Assembly (NCBI GenBank): GCA_964016885.1
Contig: OZ024743.1
Location: forward strand, 108,376,001 to 108,440,000
DNA: 64,000 nucleotides
Source: Eledone cirrhosa
Taxonomy: Eukaryota
Direction: 5' to 3'
Shown piece by piece: positions 44,967-59,949 of this stretch (positions are counted from its first letter, which is position 1; every line of letters begins with the position of its first letter). The notes beneath the pieces are model-generated. The model was not told the DNA's origin and ran no database searches. It saw nothing but the letters and a program-made list of their open reading frames with translations. A program made the translations under genes and the position numbers.

Positions 44967-45280
44967 CATGTATGTATATATGTATGTCATCATCACAGCA
45001 GCAGCTAAATTAAAATGCCAAATCCAACCAGAAAAGAAAAAAAATTATGTTTCTGCCATTTTTTTTTTTTTTTTAGTGATAATATACTGCAGTCAAGAAA
45101 CGTTATTACTTCCCTTCTTTTTACTCTATTACTGTTCTTTCACCACACTCTGCTTCCTACAACAGAAGTTGTCTATTTTCTTTTTTTAATAACTTACAAG
45201 AATAATCTAGAATAAAAAACTGCGGTTTATCTTGTGATATCTGGAATAGATTACAACGAAAGTAACACATTGGTCTACCA

Positions 45281-45399
45281 TTCTTCTTCTTCTTCTTCTT
45301 CTTCTTCTTCTTCTTCTTCTTCTTCTTCTTCTTCTTCTTCTTCTTCTTCTTCTTCTTCTTCTTCTTCTTCTTCTTCTTCTTCTTCTTCTTCTTCTTCTT

Positions 45400-45429
<30 letters not shown>
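45281..45429. repeat. Pure (TTC)n microsatellite (~49 units)
   Basis: Seen directly; explains the poly-Ser ORF. Confidence 0.97.
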
Positions 45430-45430
<1 letters not shown>

Positions 45431-45505
45431 ATATTATTATTATTATAGTGGTTTATGTTAATTCAGCATCATTCACACATATAGAAGCAACCTCGGACTG
45501 ATATA

Positions 45506-45653
<148 letters not shown>

Positions 45654-45684
45654 GATAGATAGATATAGATATTAGTGCTCTGAA

Positions 45685-45926
45685 ATATGAATGTATATAT
45701 AGTGTATTTTGCAATACACTGTATGCTTAATTAAAAGCATTTCGAAGACCTTACTCTATTGTTTTAGAGCAGTTACTGTCTCACTTACTTCAATTTTCAG
45801 CAAACTGTTTGCTGAAAATTGAAGTAAGTGAGACTGTCACTACTCTAAAACAATAGCGTAAGGTCTTCGAAATGCTTTTAATTAAGCCTACACTTATTGC
45901 AATATACACTATATATACATTCATAT
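45685..45926. repeat. ~240-bp palindrome with a 1-nt centre
   Basis: ...CTTACTTCAATTTTCAGCAAAC-T-GTTTGCTGAAAATTGAAGTAAG...; arms are ~120 bp with a handful of mismatches and TA arrays on both sides. Confidence 0.92.
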
Positions 45927-45974
45927 ATATATATATATATATCAGTCCGAGGACGCTTCTATAAGTGTGAATAA

Positions 45975-46400
45975 CGTTGGCAAAATCCAACAATTTGGGT
46001 GATAAGGTAAGTCGAAAATATCGACTTACAGTACATTACTGCTACTTTATTTTATCAACCCTGAAACTGTGAAAAGTGAAGTTATCCTCAGAGGGGTTTG
46101 ATCTCGGCTCGAAATAAGCCGCAATGGATAGTGCTAAGCTTTGCTCCAACATTTTAGTATTCGGTCAATCCATTGTTGACGATAACTGTTTGTAATTTAT
46201 GCACAATGTCAGTATCTTTTTATTTGGGGGTGGGTGTATAATCGGATTAAATTGACTCCAATAATTCACTGGTACCGTATTTTATATCACCTTTAGAAAT
46301 GTGAACGGCAAAATCGATTTAGGCAGCACTTGAAATCAAAACATAATGGGCAAATTTTTAATACGGTGTTCCATTGTTGAATACGATCCTTAGATCAATT
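45975..46400 (-). mobile_element. Two old tandem SINE family 1 copies
   Basis: Degenerate TACTTTATTTTATCAACCCTG...GTGAAAAGTGAAGTTATCCTC and ACTGGTACCGTATTTTATATCACC...GGCAAAATCGA blocks. Confidence 0.6.
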
Positions 46401-46643
46401 GCCGCTTCTATTAACGCCCTGAAATAACTATTAAGTTGTGGCTGTTTTGTATTGTTAATATCCCTATCAGCCGAAATATCACTTCCATTATAATATAGTA
46501 TATTTAAAACTATACATATTCTTCATTTTTACTCGTACACACATACATACGTACCAACATACGTACATACATATATGCATACATATATACATACATACAT
46601 ACATACATACATACATACACACATACATACATACATACATACA

Positions 46644-46675
<32 letters not shown>

Positions 46676-47122
46676 GATACACATATTTACAATTTACGTT
46701 GAACCGTTGACCTAATATTTCGGACAATAGACCGTGAAACCGCAATGATAAGATAATCGAATATTGCCTGGAATCCAATGAATCTACAAAAAATATAGTT
46801 CCCTAAACAATTAACAATGAACATCTTTGAGCCAATGTCCTACGAAGACTGATGGCTTCGGGCTGATATGCTGTCAATGGAATATTAAATCTGCAGTAAA
46901 TTAAACACACAGCCATTGTGTATTTCGTATTTTGTAATTCAAAGTTGTTGTTTTTTCTACACATATCTTCAGCTCTATTGGAATACAATGCTATGCAGTA
47001 TCGAATTTTTGCATTGTTTTGATTTCCATTCTAACTTTCTGAACATCCTTCAATACAATACTTTGCTTACTAAATGAAAATCCTATTTAAACAAAGTAAA
47101 AAAAAAATCCTGCTTAAAAAAA

Positions 47123-47240
47123 GGTAGTGAATTGGCAAAGTCGTTACAGCCCCGAATTGAAAATGCCCTTGAAATTGATTTGGGTCATTGTGTTTTGAGT
47201 TCAAATCCCACCGAAGTCAACTTTGCTTTTCATCATTTGG
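47123..47240 (+). mobile_element. SINE family 1, 5' part (old)
   Basis: GTGAATTGGCAAAGTCG...GAGTTCAAATCCCACCGAAGTCAACTTTGCTTTTCATC. Confidence 0.7.
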
Positions 47241-47449
47241 CATTTATCTTTAACATTTACTCTCCCTCTCTCTCCCCCTATGTTGAAAATATGTCAGCTC
47301 GGCACCAGTATGATTCCTTTGAGATTTAAAGGCTCTTTACCCTTTTGATATAATGATAAAGATGATGATGATGTTTATAAAATATACTAAAGAAAAATGC
47401 TGAGACAAATACGCCAGGGCCAATGTAATATAGGAATCTGCAGAGAGGG

Positions 47450-47939
47450 TAGAAGCCAGAATAAAAGCGAATATTTCCTCAAAATCACACGAATATCATC
47501 TGAACCACAAAATCTGATTTCGGCCGGGGATTACCAATGACGAACAATTCCCCTTCAAACATTAGTGAGAAAAGATCATAACATTGGGAGAAGTACAGTG
47601 AGACAATTGTATATATGTCTGACTGCTCAATCTTAGTCAAGTGTCTGAATACGTTGAAAAGCAGGATCATATTGGTGGCTCTGTCCACTGAGGAATATGT
47701 CGACACTTCAATATGAAAACGGAAAAATATGTTATAAACATGTGCTAAATATGGTACATGAACACGGCATCATATGTGTCACTTCACAAGTGTATGTGTT
47801 TTGGGCGATATTTTGAATGTTTCAGCGTGAATAATTGTAAATAAATCTATGTCACCACTTGTCCTAAACAAAAATAAAATACGAAGTTAATAATAGAAGT
47901 CAACGCTGTGAACAATTTTTTTAATGACTTTGTAAATAC

Positions 47940-47971
<32 letters not shown>

Positions 47972-48379
47972 TAATACATAAAAAACCTCAATCAGTCATA
48001 TGTTTATATGCAACATTAAGTTTCTTCCTATCCTTAAATTTACATAACAAACACTTCAATACATATGTCACTCGACTAGCAATCTCTTTACGAGCTTCAT
48101 TTCTCCAGATAGTTGCCAGTTTTACAGTCATGTTAACACTGGCATTTATCATCACATTCGTTTCAACATATTTGGTGTTGTTTTCAGTAGCGAAATATCA
48201 ACTGAATATTACTACGAACCTGTTCGCTTTTATTTTTATTTATTTATTTTTTTAAATAATTGCACGTGAAACCTTAATTGCAGAAAACCTAAACCACACA
48301 TTCAGCATCTGCTAAATACTGATATAATTAATATTGTGTATCAACATGCCTAGGTTAGCCCTCTCTCTCTCTTCTCTCT

Positions 48380-48432
<53 letters not shown>

Positions 48433-48459
48433 ATATATATATATATACACACAGATGGG

Positions 48460-48498
<39 letters not shown>

Positions 48499-48950
48499 AG
48501 AGAGAGAGAGAGAGAAATATCCATACATACAAAACCAAATATTTAGGAATATGTTGCGACTGATGACTCAAAGGAATGCTGGTGGAACCTAACAATAACA
48601 ATTAAAGCAAATTAAAGCACAACCGATCTGATATTGCTGTTTGAGACTACACATTAAAACATGTTCTATTGTAAAAGCCAGCTGCCCACTCGAAGATATT
48701 GTCATATGAAAAATGCAAGAGATGTAGGATATCTATGGGCCATTAACGAGAAGTTTCTTATTCCAGTATCCAACATACACGTTCAGCATCATAACCTTCA
48801 ATATTAGAGCAAAATGTTATATACCCAATCGCCTGAACCAAAGTATAACTGAGCTTATGAAGAAAGAACGTCTCTCCGTAATGCATAATATACAGATGAA
48901 CTTGATATCTGGAACTTTCAAAATTTGTGAAACATATTTACGATTCAAAC
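47450..48950 (+). mobile_element. Decayed RLE-type LINE 3' end, split by ~750 bp of other DNA
   Basis: 48545-48945 reads EYVATDDSKECWWNL...KHNRSDIAV*D...IVKASCPLED...YGPLTR...YPTYTF...SGTFKICETYLRF, a PD-(D/E)xK RLE pattern. DHI-like zinc-region traces lie near 47665. Confidence 0.7.
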
Positions 48951-49099
48951 GACGAACGCTTATGCAAGAGGCGGCGACAATTTCCTTTTTATACAAACTT
49001 ACCTCCGGATAAGTTGCCGCTCAAAATCTCAAAATTAAGTGAAAGAAAGTACATACACTCATACATACATGTATACATATATACATACATAGATACATA

Positions 49100-50140
49100 C
49101 ATACATAATTGCTGCAACTCAATTTCGAGTAATGCCATCGCTTGATACCTAAAAATGAGTATCACGGATGTGGCATGTTAGTCCTAATATGGACTTGCCC
49201 ATGACCAGCAATAAGATGAATCGCAAACAATGTCACATATACAGCGATGCCGGTGCTTGGAGTTTCTTGAAGTGAGGGAAGGTTTTGCACGGGGCCAATC
49301 CCACTCTATGAACATCAAATGCATGTGCCCCCAAAGAATAATTGGTCTACATCATTTGATACAAACGAAGCTGCAGGTTTTATATCAGAGTGGCCGCCTC
49401 CTAGAGAGAATTCTTAAGGAAGACTAGGAGTCCATCGCTCCACGAAAAAAAACAAACATTTTTTTATTTATTTATTGGATGGTGGTTGAAACTCCTGAGT
49501 TCCTCCGCGCCACATACATTCATACATACATACCACAGCATCTGAGATTCGTATCCACAAGCCATGTTTCCTTATATCCTTGCAGCTAAGTGGTTTCACG
49601 AAAAATAAATTGCACAATAGCTTTGTTTTATTGGAATCAATTCATCTTGTATCTCATCAGCATTCTTATTCAAGCACGTATCTTTCATATAAGGGTTCCA
49701 ACACCTTACACGCGATTTCATATCCTTGAGGTCCGTCAGCAACTAATTCTTAATCCGAAAAGAAGAAAAAAACATCATCGGTAACTACTCAGCCTTTTAC
49801 GCCGGAGTTATCCTACTTCCCTAGATCACCATCTAGATTCTAGAAGGAGGTACTAACAAACCCTTGGGGTCCTTTCCTTCCATTGGGTTCAACACACGAT
49901 CGGACACCCTGCATATATATGCACACACTCACACACACTCACACATAAAGCTATATACAATATAAAGACATATACATTAATATGCATAGCCGTTGACTCT
50001 CCTGAGTTCATCCACGTTTTGCCTGCACAGTATCCATAAATCACCCTTCTCACGAAGCATGCTTTGTGGCTTTACCTTTCGTCGAGTCCCTGACGACCCG
50101 ATCATGCAACAGATTGTAAGGTGTTACATGTTACGAGTAG
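49100..50140 (-). mobile_element. Fragmented RTE-like LINE 5' end (same family as 17345-17560)
   Basis: Minus strand GTGAGAAGGGTGATTT...TGCAGG...GAACTCAGGAGAGTCAACGGC; possible APE start traces (ALLEIELQQL) near 49105. Confidence 0.45.
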
Positions 50141-50878
50141 CGATAATGCATAGATCCATACATACATACATACATACATACATACATACATACATACATA
50201 CATACATACATACATACATACATACATACATACATACATACATACATACATACATACATACCACAGCATTTGAGATTCGTATCCTCAAGCCGTATTTCTT
50301 ATTACAAAGCAAACCATTATAAATTTACCAACAGAAATATATGTACACATAGTAAGTAGGCTTAATATTATTTCTAGCATTGACGTCAACGTCCCTTGGC
50401 AGTTGAAAACGTCTGTTAAGATGATTAACACAGACGATGTTTATATTAAAATAGTCTTTTATTCTACGAAATGTCAATGAAAATCATAAGAAAATATTAT
50501 GTAGACAGAAAGCTTTGATAAATGAAATCTATGGGCGTTTGAACGGGAAACGATACAGAAGAGAAAAAAAAGACAATGGCGTTATTATAACATTTAACAT
50601 AATAATAGAGACACACAGAGAGTAAGAGATAGAGATAGAGAGATAGAGAATAAGAGAGAGAGAGAGAAGACAAGCAAGAAACAGAGTGCCAGACATATAC
50701 ATACGGTCGGATTGCTGTACATACAGATATATGCGAATATATTACATTAGTTTCAGCGTATATATTAAGATATATAAATTAGACATATGCTTGTGTGCAC
50801 ACATGTGAACACAGAGACATTATAGATACATGCATGTATATATATATATATGTATATATGCATACAAATATGTGTGGC

Positions 50879-50909
<31 letters not shown>

Positions 50910-51299
50910 CTGAGAGGGATAGAGAGAATTAGTAGATGTATAGAGGGATTGCAACATGGTTATTTATATGTTCATTCGTGAATTTAGCTGTAGAAACACA
51001 GCTCTGAATTTTACTTTCATATACGTTTTTTCCCTTCTTATTACTAAAGAAATTGTATAAGGGAGAATATATCTTTATGCACATCTTGACAGTTGTTAAA
51101 GTATATCTCTAACTCAATAAAGAAAATTGATCTATATAGAATTACCTTGCATTCTTTGATTTATCTCTTCTCCAAACCAGTTGTTCTAGCTTTGTAACAA
51201 AGGCTAAGTTAACTGCCCTTATCTGCTGCAGCTCCACCAAACTGAAATTATTCTCAGCCCTTATACACATACACACACACACACACATATATATATATA

Positions 51300-51433
<134 letters not shown>

Positions 51434-51959
51434 TGTATATATATTTAGTCATTTATCGATTCGGTTTAAAATCATTCTATCTTTACTATCTTCTATTTCT
51501 TTCACTTTTCTTCTGACACTTGCGCTTTCTTAGATTGTACTTTCACGTTCCTCTTCTTCCTTCGATTTTTCTCTTTCCGAATCATTCTCTCAGTCCTTCT
51601 CCCTTTCTATTACCCCCCCCCCCCCCTCCTTGTATCTATCTCTCTCATTTTTCTCTTCCTCACTCTCTGTCGTTTTCTCTCTATCTCTTTCTGACTCTCT
51701 CACTCTCTCTATTTCCAGTATCTTAATGACCTTTCCACTCATTCTAGCACTTTCCTATTTGCTCTCACATAATATCGCTTTCAGTTTATTTCTAACTGTC
51801 TCCGCTACCGATCTCTAATTCCATAGATTTACTGGAATTCAGAGAATTATTATGAATAGGCAAAGATTACTGTTTGATATGAAAATGGCTAATCCGAAAG
51901 ACATTTTCTAGATCGATAGTGCCCATACATGTATTTGAATGTACATATACCCAAACACA

Positions 51960-52080
<121 letters not shown>

Positions 52081-52677
52081 ATATATTTAGATATCTATAT
52101 CTATGCATGTATGTGTATATATATATGCGTATGTGTGTAAGTTTGTGTGAATATATGTGTGTATGTTTGTTTGTGTGTGATGTAGAGCCATGTGTAAAAA
52201 TACTTAAGCGTATACGGATGTGGTCGAATGTAAAATAGATATTAACGTGTAGTAACCTAAAAGCCTATATATTTGCAATCCTTCATTATCTCAATCTATG
52301 AAGTAGCCATACATGTATGCATATATTTGTCTCGAAACCTTTGCTAATAGTGTAGGAGGCCAAATGTGAATTCGACTGCCTGCAATGTTCTTCTTGCTTA
52401 ACCCTGTAATAGGCCTACTATCAACTCAAATTCAATTTAGTCTCCAAGTTAATGTTCTACTTCTATTTCTAGTCATAGTATATATATGACTATGTTATAT
52501 ATATTATCGTGTCTTTTTTCCTGTCTATTCTGTTGCTAACTAAATCAGTTCGTTCTAGTTGTTTTCCTCTTCACACTGAGCTGTCCAATACACCTGCACC
52601 CTCTCTCTCTCTCTCTCTCTCCCTTTATTAATCTCTCTCTCTATATATATATATCTGACTCTCTCACTTTCTATATA

Positions 52678-52747
<70 letters not shown>

Positions 52748-52981
52748 CCCTCCCATCCATGTATTATTAGCAACCATGGTATTGCAGATGTTAAAGCCTA
52801 TATACCATTGATCCCATCAGTTTAAAAAGGGCTTGCAAAGGTCACACGTACATTCTCTAAACCTAATGAATACATACAAAAAAGAAATAGGCTTCTTTCT
52901 GTTTTAATGCGGTATGGTCAGACCTTTTGTGTTTTCCTATTGCTGTTTTGCAACAGACGAGATGTTTGCAATGCGACTCAT

Positions 52982-53199
52982 TATGAAGGGTATTCCAGAC
53001 GTTACCATTCCATTTTTTGGTATAGGTATAGTGTGTATAGGCCTGCATTATTGCAATATCCTATGGCTCCTAAATACAGTAAAATTGATGCTGCTATGTC
53101 TAACAGCACAATGTGTTTATTCTGGTGTATACTCCCCAATCAATTCTAGCTGATCAGACATGTTAAAAAGAAATTTCCAGTTGTGAACTATCCCTCTTA
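52982..53199. mobile_element. Possible old Tc1/mariner-type MITE
   Basis: The ends TATGAAGGGTATTCC / GAACTATCCCTCTTA resemble decayed TACGAGGG-type terminal inverted repeats; the match is imperfect. Confidence 0.3.
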
Positions 53200-54066
53200 T
53201 GTAAGGATTTATATTAAATGTGATACATTGTAATTTGATAAATATATGACTGCACTTTCTAGTTTTATTTTAATACGAAACTATACGTTGGAGTCCAAAA
53301 CTGAGCAACTACCACCCTCAAAGAATTGCGTGTATTTGTTGTAGTTTATTTTTGAAACATGGCGTGGCTACTGATCTAAACCATGATACAGAAAGCTTCA
53401 TAAATATGATCCATATCCGCATCACCATATTGAGACATTGGCAATTTCAAGGAAGATTAAAGCAACAGGATTTATTGCTGCTATTTATTTTTTACTTTTT
53501 ATCTGAAAAAAAAAAGAACTATTGATTTTTGCATATATACATGGTGCGAGAAAGGGGAAAGAAAGAGAGAAACAGGCAGAATGAGAGAAAGAAAAAATAG
53601 AGATAAAAATGTCTTTGTTTCATAACTGAAAAAATATTTCTTCCTTAAAGGAATAATGAAAATAATAACTCCACCCCAAGGACATTCTGCCTGTTGCCAT
53701 CGATGCACAAACTAATGATAATAATAACAATACCAATATCAACATCAACAATAACGATTTATTTCATTACTACTAGGGTAGTGGTGGTTGTGAAGATAGA
53801 CCTGATAGGGTTAGATCGTTGAAATTGCAGTTATGTCAGTAATAATAGCATTGGAAATGAGCAGGGGGGGGGGGTAGTGTTGGTGGTGGTCGAAATCGTG
53901 ATGTTGTTGATGCTGTCACTAGCAAAAATGATAAAGATGGTGGTGGCGCATGATTTTTATAAATCATTATATTAGCAACAAGAGGAAGAATATAATTAAC
54001 TACAACAGCAACAATAATAATTATATAATCAACAACAACAAAAAATAATGATTATCATTGTTGTTG

Positions 54067-54126
<60 letters not shown>

Positions 54127-54472
54127 GCATCCATAAAATTGTTGCCCCTTACCACACACACTAACTAACCCTTTCTTTCTTTATTTTATACAAGATCTTC
54201 ACTAACTACGTTTGATCTGTTTGTGCATAGGATGTTGGGGCTGGACAGGTCAGACTTAATCCACCACCACCTACAACACCACTACCAGAGAGAGGGGGAT
54301 AGAGAGAGAGAGAGAGAAAGTAAAGAGAGTGAGATAGATTGAAAAAGAGAGAGAATGTGGGCGAGGGAATGATAGAAAGAGAGAGTGAGCGGGAGGGAGA
54401 GAGAGAGAAAGAGAGAAAGAGAGAAAGAGAGAGAAGAGAGAGAGAGAGATAGATAGATAGATAGATAGAGAG

Positions 54473-54544
<72 letters not shown>

Positions 54545-55144
54545 CGCGGTGCTGGGGAATGGTGGTAGAGTATATATGACTCACAGTAAAAGATGGATGG
54601 TGTGAATTGACTAAGCGATATAAAGGTCTTCCTTTTCAGGTTCTTTGTGTATATTTTCATTTTATTTAATACTTGATTCGTATTAGATTTCTTCTTTATT
54701 CTCGGCTATTTGTTTTTGTTGTTTTTCTTTCTATATTCTGCACATCGCTTTGTTTTTGTATAGCTATTATTTTTACTTTTACTTTTATATTTATTATACT
54801 ATTTCTCAATACGAAACGTGACCGAAGAATTTAGGCTAATTCGGAAAAGAAACGGCCCAACTTCTTTCAAGTATGGCGGGCGATATTAGCTAAAGCTGGC
54901 TAAATAAAAGCATAAAGAATTAATAATAATAAAGAAATATATAGAAATATTGAAATAAAGTATGATTTGATGACATAAATAGCTCTACTCATATTCTGGC
55001 ACATTCTTTTGCATTCATAAATCGCTGTATGATTCTTTAAATATGGGGATCAGAATTCGCATGGGATTTACAAAGCTGTTCTCTCCTCACACTCCCTTTC
55101 GTTTTTTTTACCTTTTACTCTCTCTGTTTCTCTCTCTCTCTCTC

Positions 55145-55247
<103 letters not shown>

Positions 55248-55341
55248 TATATATATATTTATATATATATTTATAAATATATATTTATATTATAACCCAA
55301 CAATTTTAAATAAAACTTTTGCATATATATATATTTGTATA

Positions 55342-55420
<79 letters not shown>

Positions 55421-55425
55421 GTGTC

Positions 55426-55457
<32 letters not shown>

Positions 55458-55885
55458 TATGTGTGTATGTATATGCATACACACACGCACATATATATAT
55501 CTATATAATTCCTCCTGTCTTCCACTCTTGCTCGCGATAGCGTTCTCCTATTACTCCTTATTCTCCATTTCTCTCTATTTCTGTCTCTTTTCTCTTCCCC
55601 TCTCTTCGTTGAACTTTTAGATTCTCACACCGTTGGTTTTTGTTCATCTCACTCATATAGGCAACACATTCCCACACAAACATTTGTGTGTTGTGTGTGT
55701 ATTTCTTTCTGACTGTCTGTATGTATATATGTGTGTGTGTATGTATGTATGTATGGATAGATGCATGCATGTATATTTGTGTGTATGTATGCATTGTGCA
55801 TGTTTGTAGGTAGGTCGGTAGGCTGGTATGTATATGCATATGAATTGTGGTCAACATGAAATTGTGAAAGAGAGAATAATTTCAG

Positions 55886-55976
<91 letters not shown>

Positions 55977-55980
<4 letters not shown>

Positions 55981-56137
55981 GTTATTCCGGGTTGAATCGG
56001 AGGTAACCACAGTAAGTAAGGTACTCAATACATAGCAGAGTATAACAGTTTTAATATAGATGAGATTCTACAGGACTAGAACTGTTTCATTCATTGAATG
56101 AAACAGTTCTAGTCCTGTAGAATCTCATCTATATTAA

Positions 56138-56141
<4 letters not shown>
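55977..56141. mobile_element. Hammerhead family A copy ending in a perfect 47-bp-arm palindrome, within (TA)n
   Basis: 56047-56093 and 56095-56141 are exact reverse complements; 55977-56093 is the reverse homologue of 21740-21852. Confidence 0.9.
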
Positions 56142-56208
<67 letters not shown>

Positions 56209-56526
56209 TGTGTGTGTCTATGCGTTTGTCTGAGTGTATGCAGTCGAGAAACTATTCTATACATGTACACATAAATCCATAAAAAGCATAAATATCTCGT
56301 TCATAGGTTATAACATGTAAATATCAAAATATTTTGGAATTTCCCATACATCATGTCTGAAAAAGAAAGCAAAAAGAAAAACTAATAATTAAGTAAAGAA
56401 ATAACTACCTAAAAATAAAATAAGTGATATAAAAATTATAATGGCGCCCGTAACAAATTATTTGTACGCATATGTAACATAATTTTACACACAAATCTAT
56501 GGCAGTATATTTATCTTTCGTTCTGA

Positions 56527-56614
<88 letters not shown>

Positions 56615-56790
56615 ATATCTCTATTCCTCTCCCTCTTTCTATCCCCCCTCTTTTTATATATATATACATATATATTCGTTGGCCTCCAAAAATTCATGGT
56701 GAGTAAAACATTTTACTCACCATCTACTGTACGTGTGAATGTGTGTATATATATATATATATATGTGTGTGTGAGTAGTAAACATTATTT

Positions 56791-56975
56791 TTGGATTGGC
56801 AGTATCGGTAGAGAGTCGGACACCATTCTTTGAAGCATAGAATTACGACCGTTTATGATCTGAGTTCAAATCCCGCCGAGGTTAAATTTGCCTTTCATCC
56901 TTACGGGTTCGATAAAATAAAGTACCAGTAATACACTGGAGTAATAGCTGGCCTTGTGCCAAAAGTAGAAACAAT

Positions 56976-56980
<5 letters not shown>
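56791..56980 (+). mobile_element. SINE family 1
   Basis: TGGATTGGCAGTATCGG...GAGTTCAAATCCCGCCGAGG...AGTAGAAACAATTATT. Confidence 0.92.
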
Positions 56981-57012
<32 letters not shown>

Positions 57013-57344
57013 CATGTATGAATTGAATATCTGTAGAAAAAAATGTATTACATTTTTTAGTAGAAAAATAATGTGTATTATTACACACTCACACACACAC
57101 ATACACACACACCTTAGTTTGTCATTGAAATTCGTTACACATAAATTGTTTGGATGACAATCGAAAGGATAAAACAGACTTGAACTGGTAATTCGAAGGG
57201 CCAACTTTGTCACACAAGTTGTCACAAGTTATCACGGAGAATTTACCCAGTGAATTTCGTTCAACGTTCATGATTCTGGAATGTTCGGCTATATGCATGT
57301 TAGTTTCATATAGATATAACACTAAATGTCTAAAGTCTGTCTTA

Positions 57345-57605
57345 AGCCAGAGGCTCATTTGGCCGGTGCTTATCCCGGTTTCATGGCGTGAAGTGACTGG
57401 GAGTAAAAGACTTAGCCCTGGACCTGACGCCAGTCCATCACAGGTGTATACTCCTAGCTATTGTTGGTACTAATTTTCAACTGAATATACTGGTGTCACG
57501 GAAAATTAACCGTTTTGCTCAAGAAGGAACACGCAACACAGGAATCGAACCCACAGCATAATGATCGTAAGTCCAACACCCTTACCACTAGGCCACTTGC
57601 TCCGC
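57345..57605 (-). mobile_element. tRNA-derived SINE of another family (CORE/V-like body)
   Basis: The minus strand begins GGAGCAAGTGGCCTAGTGGTAAGGGTGTTGGACT...GGGTTCGATTCC (A and B boxes), followed by a TCTTGAGCAA body. Confidence 0.7.
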
Positions 57606-57629
57606 ATAGATATCACTACTACATGACAA

Positions 57630-57690
57630 AAACTGTTTCATACTTTCTGATGATTTGTAACGAATGAAAGAGGTCTAGACCTGTAGAATA
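57630..57690 (+). mobile_element. Hammerhead family A, diverged copy
   Basis: CTGATGA-TTTGTAACGAAT-GAAA-GAG-GTCTAGAC-CTGTA-GAAT, preceded by an inverted AACTGTTTCAT. Confidence 0.6.
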
Positions 57691-58749
57691 AGTAAGAGAG
57701 AGGGAGGCGGAAAACGAGTTAGTTGGACAAAAAGAGTATGTGAGAGAGATTTAGAGAGACAGTGGGTGGGGGAGAAATAAAGAAAGAAATAGAGAGAAGA
57801 AATAGATAGGAAATACAAGCTGCTACTACTTTCTTAGATACACAAGAATAGTTTACCTTTTGAAGCATTTTTCTTTTTTATTAAAGCCCCTCTAAGCGCT
57901 TCAAGAGCTGTTCGCTAGAATCAGTTTTGACAATACACTTCTCTAAAGCCTGCTAGCATTTACCTATAAGTTCCGGTGAGCATATTCGTCTTCTAAAGTA
58001 ACAACTAAGAAATAGTGAGTATTATGAGAGGAGGTGAAAGCATAAGAGAATCTAGAGGAGAGAGGGGGCAAAGTGGAAAAGATAAATACAATATATAATA
58101 AATATTAAAAGGAAATAAAATATGCAATATAAGAGAACCGATAAGAAACTGTTAAAAAAGGGAAAACATTATCCATAAAGGAAAGATAATGAAAATTACT
58201 TCTTGTAGAGGTCAAATAATCATCTAATATGTGTCTTTGTCTGTCTGCAATATTGAATGAAATTCTTCGGAAATATTATCATCATTTACTTTACTGATGA
58301 AAGAGTAAACGGAAAAAAAGTAAACGGAAAAAAAATCTATTTCTTCTTTCCCACATCTGTATATTATATCTAATTGTCTGTCTCCCTCTCTTCCTTTCTC
58401 ATATTCTGTTATTATATCTGTCTCTCCTTCTCGGTTGTCCTACTTTTCCTCTCCTGTTACTCCCCCTCTCTCAACACACACAATCGCACACACTGACAAG
58501 ATCACATACACACACACAAAGTAATATCTATATATGCGCGCGCGTTTTGGTATGTATATTTCTGCTCTCTACGCCGGCCTATAATATGTCTAGAACAATT
58601 TCCAATAAAAATCAAGTGTAATTATAAAGGAATTTCTATTGTATATATAACCACCTTCATCTCTCGTCTATAAAAATAAAGAAACATAGACACATACAAT
58701 GAAGATATTAATGAAAATAACACTAACAAAAACAGCAACAACAATAATA

Positions 58750-58882
58750 ATAGTTTCTGATTTATATACAAGGCCACCAATTTTAGGGAAAGGGAATCGA
58801 TCACAGTGTGTTACTGGTACTTTATATTATCGACTCCGTAATGATGAAAGGCAAAGCTAAACTCGACGGCATTTGAACTCAC
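58750..58882 (-). mobile_element. SINE family 1, 5'-truncated
   Basis: TTACTGGTACTTTATATTATCGACTCCGTAATGATGAAAGGCAAAG...ATTTGAACTC. Confidence 0.8.
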
Positions 58883-59805
58883 AAGAAGACAAATAGTAAA
58901 GTGTCTGTTTTAGAAGTTTATTGACCAATTTGTTCCATATTTGAATCGATTTTAAGCGCTTTCTTATCGAACATTAATTGCACAGCACAAAATATTGTAA
59001 AGTGGGAAAAAGTCTTTGTGCTTCAATTCATGGAAGCTACTTCAAGAAAACAAAGGGAATTAGATGTTTAGCATAGGTTTCGACGCATCGACATTCCCGC
59101 ATACGTACAGATACTCTCGGCTCGGACGTTTTGTGTGCTAGTTTTTCGATCAACAAATCAGTCTGCTCGTGAAATTGACTGAGCATTCCAAAAAAAAAAA
59201 AAAAATTAATTTCCAGTGGTATTCAGCTTGACATAGTTTGTCACTCTGCAGGCACTTGTAATAACAAGTCGAAATCATGGTTATCCAGCAGAGAAGAGTT
59301 GAGCAGCGTGAAATGAAATATCTTTTTGGGGAATCGAACTTATGGTATATAGATGTTTAGCCGAAAACCTTATCAATAAAGTCAGGTGCATTTATGCAGC
59401 TCTACACATACATAGGCACATACACATTCACACACACACTCATACACACACACTCATACACACACACACACGTGCGCGCGCGGACCCACACACAGATATA
59501 TATATATATATATACGCATGCATGCAGCCATAGAGTCAAATAGACACCCACGCTAAATCAAGCAACAGATTTTAAATATTGCTTTGCATTTTCGGGTTTG
59601 TATTATATTTCCTCGAATGTTTCGTTTTTTTCTAGTTATTACCAATAATTCACAATAACGATTTGGTATTTAGTATTCGATTGTATGAAAATATGTATAT
59701 AACAGCGCTCTGTAAATTTAAAATAAGTTTTCTGATATTCATGTAGCAAGAATGTCGTTCTTACTTATTGAATTGAATTCTTCAATGAAATCTACGTTTA
59801 CATGA

Positions 59806-59939
<134 letters not shown>

Positions 59940-59949
59940 ATTATATATA

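Noticed and set aside
52907-53153. Two overlapping open frames, one resembling a signal peptide (LWLLNTVKLMLLCLTAQCVYSG), with an upstream acceptor-like tract
   Set aside because: The donor is weak, neither frame continues the 31697 exon convincingly, and the region has mariner-like terminal repeats suggesting a MITE.
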